The notes under the pieces: model-generated | Told to the model about the DNA's origin: nothing | What the model saw: only the letters and a program-made list of their open reading frames with translations | The model's database searches: none | Source of the DNA: an uncultured Chloroflexia bacterium | GTDB lineage: Bacteria; Chloroflexota; Chloroflexia; Thermomicrobiales; UBA6265 | Length of the DNA stretch: 64,000 nt | Direction of reading: 5' to 3' | NCBI GenBank assembly: GCA_963724295.1 | Contig: CAVRUC010000011.1 | Span: forward strand, 32,001-96,000 | Translations under genes and position numbers: made by a program | Part shown: one piece after another, positions 21,531 through 31,571 of the stretch | How positions within the stretch are numbered: position 1 is the first letter of the stretch | Layout of the letters: every line of letters begins with the position of its first letter

Positions 21531-22505
21531 ATGGACACGAGAGCAGACACGCCAAGGGCCGGAAATGACGTGCTTATCCGCCCGTTGCGAGCGGCCGACA
21601 TCCCTGCCGCCGATAGGGTCCGGCGCCTCGCCTTCGGTACCTTCCTCGGGTTGCCTGATCCCCTGAGCTTTCGCGGCGATGCCAGTCCAGTGCGAACCCG
21701 CTACCTGGCCGATCCGTCCGCAAGCTTTGCCGCCGAGGTGGACGGCGAGCTGGTCGGGACCAACTTCGCGGTCAACTGGGGTAGCGTCGGGTTTTTCGGG
21801 CCGCTCTCGGTTCACCCGGACTTCTGGGGACGGGGCATCGCCCAGCGCCTGGTCGAGGTTGCCCTCGAGGCATTCGCGCGCTGGGAAACTCAGCATGTCG
21901 GCCTGTTCACCTTCTCCCATAGTGCACAGCACATCCTGCTCTACCAAAAGTTCGGCTTCTGGCCTCGCTTCCTTACCCCGATCATGGCCAAACCTGTTGG
22001 TCCAGCCAGCCCGGAGGCCATGTGGTCAACCTACTCGGCCTTGTCAGAAGCTGAGCAGCGGGACTGCCTAGTGGACTGCCGCGAGTTGACCGATGCCTGG
22101 CATGGCGGCCTTGACCTCAGCCTGGAGATCAACGCGACGGAGCAGCACCACTTCGGCGAGACGCTGCTGCTCCGGGACGGCAACGAACTGATTGGCTTCG
22201 CCGTCTGCCACTGTGGCGCGGAGACCGAGGCGGGCAGTGGCCAGTGCTACGTCAAGTTTGGGGCGGTGCGATCCGGTCCCGATGCGGAGGCAGTATTCAC
22301 CCGGTTGCTCGCGGCCTGCGAAGCGCTCGCGGTGGAACGAGGCATGTCGCGTCTGGTGGCCGGGGTCAACACGGCCCGCCGTGAGGCGTATCGCGCGATG
22401 TTGGCGGGCGGGTTTCGCACCGACGTGCAGGGTCTGGCGATGGACCGGCCAGACGAGGCCGGCTACAACCGGCCCGGCGTCTACATCATCGACGACTGGC
22501 GATAG
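21531..22505 (+). CDS. GNAT family N-acetyltransferase (tandem GNAT)
   Basis: LSVHPDFWGRGIAQRL, LYQKFGF. Confidence 0.85.
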   Translation: MDTRADTPRAGNDVLIRPLRAADIPAADRVRRLAFGTFLGLPDPLSFRGDASPVRTRYLADPSASFAAEVDGELVGTNFAVNWGSVGFFGPLSVHPDFWGRGIAQRLVEVALEAFARWETQHVGLFTFSHSAQHILLYQKFGFWPRFLTPIMAKPVGPASPEAMWSTYSALSEAEQRDCLVDCRELTDAWHGGLDLSLEINATEQHHFGETLLLRDGNELIGFAVCHCGAETEAGSGQCYVKFGAVRSGPDAEAVFTRLLAACEALAVERGMSRLVAGVNTARREAYRAMLAGGFRTDVQGLAMDRPDEAGYNRPGVYIIDDWR

Positions 22506-22531
22506 CCGCGGTGTCTGGACAGGGAGGCGTG

Positions 22532-22945
22532 ATGCCGACGGCGGAGGATGTGGCTGTGGTGCGCCGCTTGTATGCGGCGGTGGTGGCTCGTGACCTGGCC
22601 GCGGTCGGGGAGTGCTTTGACGAGGAGGCCGTCTGGCACCTGCCTGGGACCAATGCCCTTTCTGGCACGCATCGCGGCTGGCCGGCGATTCGGGACAGTC
22701 TCCTGGCCAGGCAGGGGCCGCTCAGTGGCGGCACGTTCCGCGCGCAGTTGCTCGATCTGGCCGTGGGGGACCAGTTCATCGTCGCCATCGTCCATGCCAC
22801 CGCTGAGCGAGCTGGTCATCGGCTGGACCAGACGGTCTGCCAGCTCATGCGAGTCCAAAATGGAAAGATCGTCGAAGTGCGCGGCCACTACGCGGACGAA
22901 TCGGCACTAAACGCATTCTGGGGACCGGCACCCGGCGTGGAATAG
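22532..22945 (+). CDS. SnoaL/NTF2-like protein
   Basis: VVRRLYAA...DEEAVWHLPG...GTHRG...GKIVEVR. Confidence 0.82.
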   Translation: MPTAEDVAVVRRLYAAVVARDLAAVGECFDEEAVWHLPGTNALSGTHRGWPAIRDSLLARQGPLSGGTFRAQLLDLAVGDQFIVAIVHATAERAGHRLDQTVCQLMRVQNGKIVEVRGHYADESALNAFWGPAPGVE

Positions 22946-22988
22946 AGATCAACGGGAGCTGTTTCCGGCCCGGGGACACAGCGAGATC

Positions 22989-24215
22989 CTAGCCGGGAAC
23001 CCGCGAGGATTCGGGGCTCCTGAACGTGCGCAACGCCTCCCCTTCGACCAGCAGTGATGTGAGGGTGCCGAGGGCGAGTGCCCAGAACGCCGCGCCCAGC
23101 CCAAAGAGCGAGAGCGTCGAGGAAGCGACGGCGAAGGCGACCAGCGGACCGAGGCGGAGTGGCCCCTTGATGACCTGCTCCATGGCCTGACTCAAGACCC
23201 CGATCAGGGCGAGCCCGGCCACGGCCAGCAGCAGTGGTAACGGAAGGAGGTCCGGGAGCTCCGCCGCCACACCGGCTCCCAGGGCAATGAGCAGGAAGCC
23301 AGCGGCGCCCGCATAGGCGGCCCAGGGCCGGACCGATCGCTCCCCAGCCTCCGGTCCAGCGGTCAACGGCGTCACCAATGCTCCCATGCAGATCGGGCAC
23401 GGCCCGAACACCGAGGCCACCGCGGTGGCAACCCCGGTCGTGACCTCGATCGCCCGCGTCGGTGGGGCGTAGGCCTCGCTGCGGAGATAGGCGACCGCGG
23501 TGAGGTTGGAGTGCAGAGCGACTAACGGCACAGCAACAGGAACAACGGTGAGGACTGCCGCCGGAGTGAACGAAGGTGTAGCGTGAGCGAGGGCAGGCCA
23601 GGTCCACCCGGCAGCAAGCCCATGGAGCCGCCCTGTGACCGCAGCGAGCGCCACCCCCACCACGAGTGCCGGCAGAATCGGGGGCACGCGCGGTGGGAAG
23701 GCGCGCCGCCCAACGAGGTAAGCGGCAAGCGCCGCGCCGACCAGGAGTGCTTCGGTTTGCAGGGCTTCAAACGTCCCCACGACAAATGGCAGGACATTCC
23801 CGGCGACCACCCCGAAGACCACCGGGGTCGGGACGAACGCCGCGAGACGCGGGGTGAGGCCGAGCGCGCCAAGGGCGGCGATGACCAGACCGGCAACGAT
23901 CATGGCTCCCAGGAGGTCCGTGTACGGCATGGTCTGGCTGAACGAGGCGACCAAGGCGACGACGGCAGTGTGCCAGGCCACGAGTAGCGGCTGACGATAG
24001 ACCAGGGTCAGGACAATCGACGCTAGACCCGGGATCGCGTAAAGCGCAAAAATCCAGGTGCTGGTCTGGCGCGAGGAGAGTTCAAAGGACTGCGCCGTTG
24101 CGAGCGGTAAGGAAACCGCTGCCGCAGAGAAGATCGTGATCGGGATGGACGCCGCCAGGGGCTGGGCCAGCCGAGCCACGTTACGGTCGATGGAAGGGGT
24201 GAGAGTGAAACCCAT
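22989..24215 (-). CDS. BenE family benzoate/H+ symporter-like transporter
   Basis: Multi-TM protein; YRQPLLVAW, AGLALIGVL, LFGLGAAFWAL. Confidence 0.8.
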   Translation of the reverse strand: MGFTLTPSIDRNVARLAQPLAASIPITIFSAAAVSLPLATAQSFELSSRQTSTWIFALYAIPGLASIVLTLVYRQPLLVAWHTAVVALVASFSQTMPYTDLLGAMIVAGLVIAALGALGLTPRLAAFVPTPVVFGVVAGNVLPFVVGTFEALQTEALLVGAALAAYLVGRRAFPPRVPPILPALVVGVALAAVTGRLHGLAAGWTWPALAHATPSFTPAAVLTVVPVAVPLVALHSNLTAVAYLRSEAYAPPTRAIEVTTGVATAVASVFGPCPICMGALVTPLTAGPEAGERSVRPWAAYAGAAGFLLIALGAGVAAELPDLLPLPLLLAVAGLALIGVLSQAMEQVIKGPLRLGPLVAFAVASSTLSLFGLGAAFWALALGTLTSLLVEGEALRTFRSPESSRVPG

Positions 24216-24409
24216 GACCTTGTCGCAACCGATGCGAGATCCAGACCGCACGCGGCATCATACATGGCACACGGAGCGTGTCCGCGGGTCGCGTCCAGTC
24301 GCCTTCTCCGAGCTGCCGGCGGAGCGATGATATGACCCAACTGCGCGACGCCTGCGCCCGCTACCATCGCAGTCGCTAGCTCGAATAAGCAAAAGAACGG
24401 AGAACCAGC

Positions 24410-25660
24410 ATGGTGACCTCGTCGGTGCAGCAGGGAGTTCGAACGACGCCGGTCGTGGGTTGGGGGATCGAGCAGCCGGAATACGACGCGCGGGTGGCGC
24501 GCGTGCGGGGGGAGCTGGAGCGGCGGGATCTGAGTGGTCTGGTCCTGTTCCATCCGATCCGGATGGCGTATCTCTCCGGATTCTTCCACTACAGCACCGA
24601 GCGACCGATGGCGATCGTCGTCGCGCCGGACGGCGGTCTGGCGGCGCTGGTGCCGCACCTGGAACAGGACCACATCGCGGCGATCCCGGGTGTCGAGCGG
24701 GTCATGGTCTACCCCGAGTACCCGACCGGCGGCGCGAAGCATCCGCTCCTCTACCTCGTCGACCTGTTGGCGGAGATGGGGCTGAACGCCAGGGGGACGC
24801 GGCTTGGCTATGACTCGAACGGCTACCTCGATATCAATGGTTACGACGGTCCCCTGCTGACGGAGATCGTGGCGGATGGTGTCGAAACGCTCCCGGCGCG
24901 CGATATCGTCGATCTGCTGCGCGCGGTCAAGAGCGAGGCGGAGCTGGCGTTCATCAAGGAGAGCTGCGTCTGGGGCAACCTGGCGCATCGCCTGATGCAG
25001 GAGAAGCTGGTCCTCGGGCGTAATGCGATGGAGATCGGGATCGAAGCTTCCGCCGAGGCCAGCCGGACGATGATCGCCGCTCTGGGTCCGACGTACCGGC
25101 CGTTGACGGCGGGTTTCGGCACGCCGGTCATGGTGGTCTTCAGCGCCGGGGCCAACACGGTGCAGCCGCACGGCCTCCTGCAGACCAGAGGGCTGCAACG
25201 GGGCGATGTGCTCGTCACCGGAGCCGGGGCGGACGTTGGGGGCTATAACTCGGAGCTGGAGCGGACGATGATCATTGGCGAGCCGACGCCGGAGTTCGAG
25301 CAGTACTTCGATCGCATGCTCCAACTCCAGCAAACCGCGTTCGATGCCATCCGGCCGGGTCGCACGCTGGCTGAGGTCGAAACCGAGGTCAGCGCCGCCT
25401 TCGTCGACCTGGGCGTGGCGGAGTTTCAACGCCACCACACGGGTCACGGCATTGGCCTCGAGGGCCACGAGTGGCCATTCATCGACAAGGGCAGCGACGA
25501 CGTCATCGAGGAGATGATGGTCCTGACCATCGAGCCCGGGCTTTACGTGTCCGGTCTGGCGGGGTTCCGTCATTCCGACACCGTGGTGGTCCGCTCCGAC
25601 GGTGTCGAGCGCCTGACCTATTATCCGCGGGATCTGCAGAGCATGATCGTCGAGCCCTAG
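24410..25660 (+). CDS. M24 family Xaa-Pro peptidase/creatinase-like hydrolase
   Basis: Creatinase_N region, LRAVKSEAE, GHGIGLEGHEWP, TIEPG. Confidence 0.88.
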   Translation: MVTSSVQQGVRTTPVVGWGIEQPEYDARVARVRGELERRDLSGLVLFHPIRMAYLSGFFHYSTERPMAIVVAPDGGLAALVPHLEQDHIAAIPGVERVMVYPEYPTGGAKHPLLYLVDLLAEMGLNARGTRLGYDSNGYLDINGYDGPLLTEIVADGVETLPARDIVDLLRAVKSEAELAFIKESCVWGNLAHRLMQEKLVLGRNAMEIGIEASAEASRTMIAALGPTYRPLTAGFGTPVMVVFSAGANTVQPHGLLQTRGLQRGDVLVTGAGADVGGYNSELERTMIIGEPTPEFEQYFDRMLQLQQTAFDAIRPGRTLAEVETEVSAAFVDLGVAEFQRHHTGHGIGLEGHEWPFIDKGSDDVIEEMMVLTIEPGLYVSGLAGFRHSDTVVVRSDGVERLTYYPRDLQSMIVEP

Positions 25661-25791
25661 CGGGTGCTCCCTCTTCTACTTCACCACCCGCCAAGCGCAG
25701 TGACGCCCCTTGAGCGGAGCTGTTCTCCTGATGAGGGGGGAGCGGGACTGTGCAAGCGATGTGCTCGAGCGTGCTCAGCCCTGTCCGAGCT

Positions 25792-26511
25792 TCAGCTTGC
25801 TGCCCTCTCGCTTCTATCCCGGTCTCGGGCAAGCGTGATGAAGTTGCGCAAGATGACAGCGCCGAGGGGATGGGCGTCATCGTAGCGTTCCGGATGGAAC
25901 TGCACACCGAAGACCGGCCGATCGAGGCGCTCAATCGCCTGGATCGCCGACCACGGCGAGCTGGCACGAACAGCGAAACCGGGCGGTACATCTTCGAGCT
26001 GCCAATAATGTGAGTGGAAGAAGTCTGCCGTCGCGTCCATACCGTGAAACAGCGGGCAACGCACGTCCAGCTGGACGGTCAGGAAGCCACGCTGCTTGCG
26101 CTGTCCGGGTGCGAACCGGGGATCGGGATCGATCTCGCCGTGTTGCAGCGGACCTAGCGGCCCCCACTGCACGCGATGAGCGGAGCCGATGAGTTGGTGT
26201 CCCGCACAGATCCCCAGCATAGGCGCCGGCGCGGAGCGGATGACCTCCAGCAGGCCGGCCAATTCCCCAAAATCGAATTCACTCCAATCGGTGGTATTGC
26301 CGCCGATGATGATCGCCGCCGGCCGTGACTGCGCGATCCGTGCAGGTGAAACCTCAGCGAATCCCAGGAGTTCCGCCGGTGCCCCGGCGACTCTCCCGAG
26401 ACGGTCTGTCGTCTCCACAAGCCGTGCCTGGTGACGCGCGCCGGCCTCGGGATGGTCACGCACCCGCTGGTGCTCAGTGTCGACGTACACCACGCGCATC
26501 GCGGTTGTCAT
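25792..26511 (-). CDS. type 1 glutamine amidotransferase-like protein
   Basis: LGICAGHQ (catalytic Cys), GVQFHPE. Confidence 0.85.
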   Translation of the reverse strand: MTTAMRVVYVDTEHQRVRDHPEAGARHQARLVETTDRLGRVAGAPAELLGFAEVSPARIAQSRPAAIIIGGNTTDWSEFDFGELAGLLEVIRSAPAPMLGICAGHQLIGSAHRVQWGPLGPLQHGEIDPDPRFAPGQRKQRGFLTVQLDVRCPLFHGMDATADFFHSHYWQLEDVPPGFAVRASSPWSAIQAIERLDRPVFGVQFHPERYDDAHPLGAVILRNFITLARDRDRSERAAS

Positions 26512-26994
26512 GTCGTGATCAGGATCGGCCCCGCCGTCTCAACCGTTCCGAACCGGTAAAAGGCTGCCGCCAATTGCAAGGAGACCTCGCACCCGAATCG
26601 CTCGTGTCTGCGGGACGTCTGCAACCTGCTCCAACCGGTAACACGCGATCTCGCTCGCGATTACTGGTGCAAAGCCTCGATAGGCGTGATCACGGGGGAA
26701 TCACACCGATGCGTCTGCCTTACCCCCACTCCGTCCTCTTGATGAATGCCCGCGCAGTCCGCAGCTGTACCCCAGGGGTGCTTTCTCCAAAATGCAATGC
26801 ACATCATTCCCTCGAATGTCTGAATCATTCGAATCACTTGATCTCGTGCAGATGAACGATGCCGTGGGAGATTCACCGGGCAGCGGGGCCTCCTGGGTTC
26901 GAGCTTTCCGGCTGTCCGGAGTCCGTCGTAACGATCAAAATTGCTTGTTCCAAGGCGTCCGATGAGCGCCAGACCATTTGCCTAAACCACCCTC

Positions 26995-27065
26995 TTGACA
27001 CTCCAGAGGGCCGACCATAGACTCCAAACCGTCGCTTGCGCACAAAGGAAAGAAACAGATGCTTC
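26995..27065 (+). promoter_or_regulatory. sigma70 promoter of the RpiR operon, with candidate operator over the start codon
   Basis: TTGACA (26995)-17 bp-TAGACT (27018); GAAACAGATGCTTC at 27052-27065. Confidence 0.6.
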
Positions 27066-28018
27066 ATGCCTCGGGCTCTGACGTCGTTGCACGCTTGGCG
27101 GTTGCGCAGCCGTCCCTCACGCCCAAAATGGCACGGCTGGCGGCATTCGTGGCTGACAACTACGTGCAGGTGGCGTTCATGAACACGCGCGAGCTGGCCG
27201 CCGCGGCGGGCGTCAGCCCGGCCACCGTGGTCCGCTTTCCGGCGCTGCTCGGCTACCGAAGCTTCGACGAATTCCGCTCCCGCATCCAGGACCGCGTCAA
27301 TTTCGACCTGACCGGAGTCGCGCGCTTACGGCAATCCGCGCAGGTCAATCGCTCGCCGGCGGCCCTGCTCCGTCGCATCATCGACGCCGACTGCGACAGC
27401 CTGCACGGGCTGGCGCAGACCTTCTCCGAGCCGCAGATCGAGCGGTTTGTCAACACCCTGCTCGGGGCGGAGCGCGTAACCATCGCCGGCTTCCGCTACG
27501 TCAGCCCACTGGCGATCTTCTTCGAGTATTCGCTCGCCAAGATCAGAGCGAATGTGCAGTCGTACACCCATGCTGATTCGTCGCTGTTCGACCGCGTACG
27601 CCTGATGGATGCTGGAGACGTGCTGATCGTGATCGCCTTCGCACGCTACCCAGCCGACCTGGTGACGCTCGCGCGGTATGCCCACCGATGCGGAGTGCGG
27701 CTCCTCGCCATCACCGATAGCCCCCTGTCGCCGGTGCTGCCCCTCGCCGAAGTGGCGCTCTTCGCCAAGGTGAACATGCTCGATTTCGTCGGATCGCTGG
27801 CCGCGCCCGCTGCCCTGATCAACTGCATCGTCGCGGATCTCGGCCTGCGGCTGGGAGAGCGGGCCGTGGCCCGCCTGCAAGCCCTGGAAGCCGCGGCCAG
27901 CGAGGCCGGCATCTATGTCTCGGCCGGGGGTCAGCCGGTGCGCGCGGAAGGGACGTTGCTGGCCTGGGACGACGGTCGGTCAGATGGCCCATCGCCGGTG
28001 CCGGGAGTGCGGCGATGA
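27059..28018 (+). CDS. MurR/RpiR family transcriptional regulator
   Basis: ELAAAAGVSPATVVRF HTH; SIS domain LAITDSPLSP. Confidence 0.9.
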   Translation: MLHASGSDVVARLAVAQPSLTPKMARLAAFVADNYVQVAFMNTRELAAAAGVSPATVVRFPALLGYRSFDEFRSRIQDRVNFDLTGVARLRQSAQVNRSPAALLRRIIDADCDSLHGLAQTFSEPQIERFVNTLLGAERVTIAGFRYVSPLAIFFEYSLAKIRANVQSYTHADSSLFDRVRLMDAGDVLIVIAFARYPADLVTLARYAHRCGVRLLAITDSPLSPVLPLAEVALFAKVNMLDFVGSLAAPAALINCIVADLGLRLGERAVARLQALEAAASEAGIYVSAGGQPVRAEGTLLAWDDGRSDGPSPVPGVRR

Positions 28019-29015
28019 TCGCACTCGAACACGTTTGCAAGGTATTCACGTCCGGCGGGCAGGAAATCCGGGCGGTCGACGACGTCAGCATCGACGTCGG
28101 GGCGGGCGAGCTCGTCGTGCTGATCGGTCCATCCGGCTCCGGCAAGACGACGACGATGCGCATGATCAACCGCCTGGAGACGTTGACCTCCGGACGGATC
28201 GTGGTGAATGGCCGCGACGTGCGTGAGCTGAATGACGTGGAGCTGCGGCGCGGCATCGGCTACGTCATCCAGCAGGGCGGGCTGTTCCCTCATTTCACCG
28301 TCGCCGACAACGTCGCCGTGGTGCCCCGGCTGCTCGGTTGGTCTCGCGAAAACGGCGCCAGCGGGCGTGCGAGCTGCTGGCCCTTGTCGGCCTGCCCCCG
28401 GAGCAGTTCGCCGACCGGTATCCACGTCAGTTGTCCGGCGGTCAGCAGCAGCGCGTCGGAGTGGCGCGCGCCCTGGCCGCCGATCCGCCCATCGTGCTCA
28501 TGGACGAGCCGTTCGGCGCGGTCGATCCCATCACCCGCAAGCAGCTGCAGCGGGAGCTGCGCCGCATTCAGGCAGAGGTGCAGAAGACCATCGTCTTTGT
28601 CACCCACGACATCGCCGAGGCCTTCCTGCTCGGCGACCGCATCGTGCTGATGGCCGCGGGACGCGTGGTTCAGAATAGCGCGCCAGCCGAACTGCTGCGC
28701 CACCCGGCCGATCCCTTCGTCACCTCATTCATCGGGGAGGACCGCGGGCTGCGCTCCTTGCAGTTCACCTCGCTGGCCGAGCTCGCCGCGCCGCCGCCGG
28801 CTGACGTGCGGCCGAACGGTCTGGTTCTCCCTGGCACGCTCTCGATTCTGGATGCCGGGCGGGAGCTGGGGCTCCACGGTGACGTGGCCGGGGAGGGATT
28901 CTGGATCGGCGACGACGCCGGGCAACCGACCGGCTACCTCACCTATCAGCAGTTTGCGGTGGTGCTGGGCGAAACGATCGGCGCCACCGACGGGCCCCCG
29001 GCGAAAGGGAGGCAG
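28015..29015 (+). CDS. osmoprotectant ABC transporter ATP-binding subunit (OpuBA/ProV-like; frameshift near 28345; no stop before the permease)
   Basis: GPSGSGKTT, LSGGQQQRVGVARALAADP, MDEPFGAVDP. Confidence 0.88.
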
Positions 29016-29666
29016 ATGGCCTACCTGCGTGACAACCCGGACCGCGTGCTGGAGCTGACCAAGCAACACGTCCAGCTCGTCGCGGTCAGCATTCTGGTCG
29101 CTATGCTGATCGGCATTCCGCTCGGGATCCTGGTTACACGGCTGCGCTGGCTGGAGGGCCCGGTCATTGGCATCACCGGAGTGCTGTATACGCTTCCCAG
29201 CCTGGCGCTCTTTGCCATCTTGATCCCCTATACCGGACTTGGCCGCACGACCGTCATCGTCGCCCTCATCCTCTACTCATTACTCGCCATCGTCCGTAAC
29301 ACAGTCGCCGGGATCGATGACGTACCGCCCGCGACCATTGACGCCGCGCGCGGCATGGGGATGACCGGCACGCAGCGGCTCGTGATGGTGGAGTTGCCAT
29401 TGGCGCTCCCCGTCATCCTCGCCGGAGTGCGGTTGGCGACCGTCGCCGCGGTTGGGATCGCCACCGTCGGCGCACTGCTGGGGGCAGGCGGCCTGGGCCG
29501 TCTGATCTTCGACGGCATTCGGAGCATCAGCACCCCGCATGGGGTCGACCGCGTCGTCGCCGGCGCCCTGGTGGCTTCCGTTCTCGCGCTGACGGCCGAC
29601 TGGGGCCTGGCGCGGCTTGGGAACACTCTGCGGCGTGATGTTGGGCAGAGTGCCGGGAGGGGTTGA
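29016..29666 (+). CDS. osmoprotectant ABC transporter permease
   Basis: Own RBS GGGAGG + ATG at 29016; YTLPSLAL, DAARGMGMT, VELPLALP. Confidence 0.88.
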   Translation: MAYLRDNPDRVLELTKQHVQLVAVSILVAMLIGIPLGILVTRLRWLEGPVIGITGVLYTLPSLALFAILIPYTGLGRTTVIVALILYSLLAIVRNTVAGIDDVPPATIDAARGMGMTGTQRLVMVELPLALPVILAGVRLATVAAVGIATVGALLGAGGLGRLIFDGIRSISTPHGVDRVVAGALVASVLALTADWGLARLGNTLRRDVGQSAGRG

Positions 29667-29674
29667 GAAAGCCC

Positions 29675-30334
29675 ATGCTCGACGATCTGGGGCAGATGTT
29701 TGCTTACATCGATCAGCACCGGGACGACTTCCTGGAACTGCTCGTACAGCACATCCAGCTGACTCTCCTCTCGGTCGTGATCGCGGTGCTCATTGCGGTG
29801 CCCCTGGCGATCCTGGCGAGCCGCTTCCACTTGGTGGCCAAGCCGATGATCTGGTTGGCCGCGATCGGCCAGACGATACCGAGCCTGGCGATCCTCGCCC
29901 TGACGCTACCGTTCCTGGGCATCGGTTTTCGACCTGCACTCTTCGCGCTGACCATTCGGGCTATCTTGCCGATCTTTCTCAATACCTACGTCGGCATCCG
30001 CGGCGCCGACCGCGCGATCGTCGATGCCGCCCGCGGGATGGGTACCAATAATGCCCAGATGTTGCTTATGGTCGAGCTCCCGCTCGCCAGCCCCGTAATC
30101 TTTGCCGGTATCCAGACTGCTCTCGTCCAGAACATTGGCCTGGCGACGCTGGCGGCGTTCATTGGCGGCGGTGGGCTGGGTGATCTGATCTTGCAAGGGT
30201 TGGCGATGGTCGACACGCCGGTCCTGCTGGCCGGAGCGATTCCGGTCGCTCTGCTGGCGGTGATCGCGGAGATCAGCATGGGGCGCTTACGTCGGTTGGC
30301 GGTGCCCGATGGCTTGCAGATTGAACCTCAGTAG
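29675..30334 (+). CDS. osmoprotectant ABC transporter permease
   Basis: QTIPSLAIL, DAARGMG, IGGGGLG. Confidence 0.9.
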   Translation: MLDDLGQMFAYIDQHRDDFLELLVQHIQLTLLSVVIAVLIAVPLAILASRFHLVAKPMIWLAAIGQTIPSLAILALTLPFLGIGFRPALFALTIRAILPIFLNTYVGIRGADRAIVDAARGMGTNNAQMLLMVELPLASPVIFAGIQTALVQNIGLATLAAFIGGGGLGDLILQGLAMVDTPVLLAGAIPVALLAVIAEISMGRLRRLAVPDGLQIEPQ

Positions 30335-30440
30335 GGCCCGTTTGATGCGGCCAGAGGAGTTCAGGGTGGACGGAGGTGCGATGGGGAAAGTCGTAAACCA
30401 TTGCCGAGATGGTCGGCGCTCGTGATGTAGACAGTGGAGG

Positions 30441-31430
30441 ATGGCTTTCATGGATCGATTGAACGGCGAATTGCTCGCGCGCGGTCTACACCGACGCTCG
30501 TTGCTCTCCCTGGCCATTGCCGGGGGGGTGCTGTCCAGGATGGGCGTGCGGGTGGCAGCGGCGCAGGATAAGCCGACGGTCAAGATCGGCTCGAAGGACT
30601 TTACCGAGCAAGTCCTCATCAACGAGATGCTGGCCCAATTGCTCGAGGATGCGGGCTACCCGGTGGAGCGGCAGCTCAACCTGGGCGGGTCCGCGATCGT
30701 GCATCAGGCGCTGGTCAACGGCGATATCGACACGTACATCGAATACACGGGGACCGGCCTGCTGGCGATCCTCAAATTGACGCTCGATGACGCCAGTACC
30801 CCCACGGCCGGCGCGGCTGCCACGCCGATGGCGGGCGTGGATCCCGTCTACGACACCGTCAAGCGCGAGTACAAGGACCAGTTCAATCTGGTCTGGCTTG
30901 ATCCGCTGGGCTTCAACAACACCTACACCCTGGCCTTGACCCAGGAAAAGGCCCAGGAACTCGGCGTCACCAAGATCTCTGATCTGATCGGGAAGGCGAA
31001 CGACCTGACGTTCGGCGGCACACAGGAGTTCCTCACCCGGCCCGATGGCCTGCCGGGGCTGACCGCGGCCTACGAAGGTCTAGAGTTTGGCGACGAAAAG
31101 GGCTTCGATCCCGGGCTTGTCTACCAGGCGGTCGATTCCGGGGACGTGGACGTCATCTCCGCCTTCGCGACCGACGGGCGCATCCCGGCGCTGGGGCTCG
31201 TCACGCTCGAGGACGATCTCGGCTTCTTCCCGCCCTACTTTGCCGCGCCGGTAGTACGGCAGGAACTGCTGGACCAGGATCCGGCGGTCGCCGAGGTCAT
31301 CAACACGCTGGCGGGCAAGATCGATGACCAGACGATGGCCGGTCTCAACAGCCAGATCGACGTGGAGGGGATGGAGCCGGAGGACGTGGCCCGCGCCTTC
31401 CTTCAGGAGCAGGGCCTGATCGCCCAGTAG
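30441..31430 (+). CDS. glycine betaine/choline ABC substrate-binding protein (OpuAC/OsmF-like), Tat signal
   Basis: HRRSLL; IGSKDFTEQ, EYTGT, LGFNNTY, FATDG, FFPPY. Confidence 0.9.
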   Translation: MAFMDRLNGELLARGLHRRSLLSLAIAGGVLSRMGVRVAAAQDKPTVKIGSKDFTEQVLINEMLAQLLEDAGYPVERQLNLGGSAIVHQALVNGDIDTYIEYTGTGLLAILKLTLDDASTPTAGAAATPMAGVDPVYDTVKREYKDQFNLVWLDPLGFNNTYTLALTQEKAQELGVTKISDLIGKANDLTFGGTQEFLTRPDGLPGLTAAYEGLEFGDEKGFDPGLVYQAVDSGDVDVISAFATDGRIPALGLVTLEDDLGFFPPYFAAPVVRQELLDQDPAVAEVINTLAGKIDDQTMAGLNSQIDVEGMEPEDVARAFLQEQGLIAQ

Positions 31431-31571
31431 CGCAACGGGATTCAGCGATGTGGAGCACGTTCTCACTCTGACCGCTGCTGGCGATTATCGGCCGACCGGC
31501 GGACATGGCGAGAGCGTTCTCCGTCCACATTCAGGCGTTTCCTGCGTGGAGGCGAGCAAAGATAGGACGAC

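Noticed and set aside
28338..29666. True ATPase-permease fusion
   Set aside because: A strong RBS and ATG at 29016 plus the high indel rate make a lost stop codon more likely.
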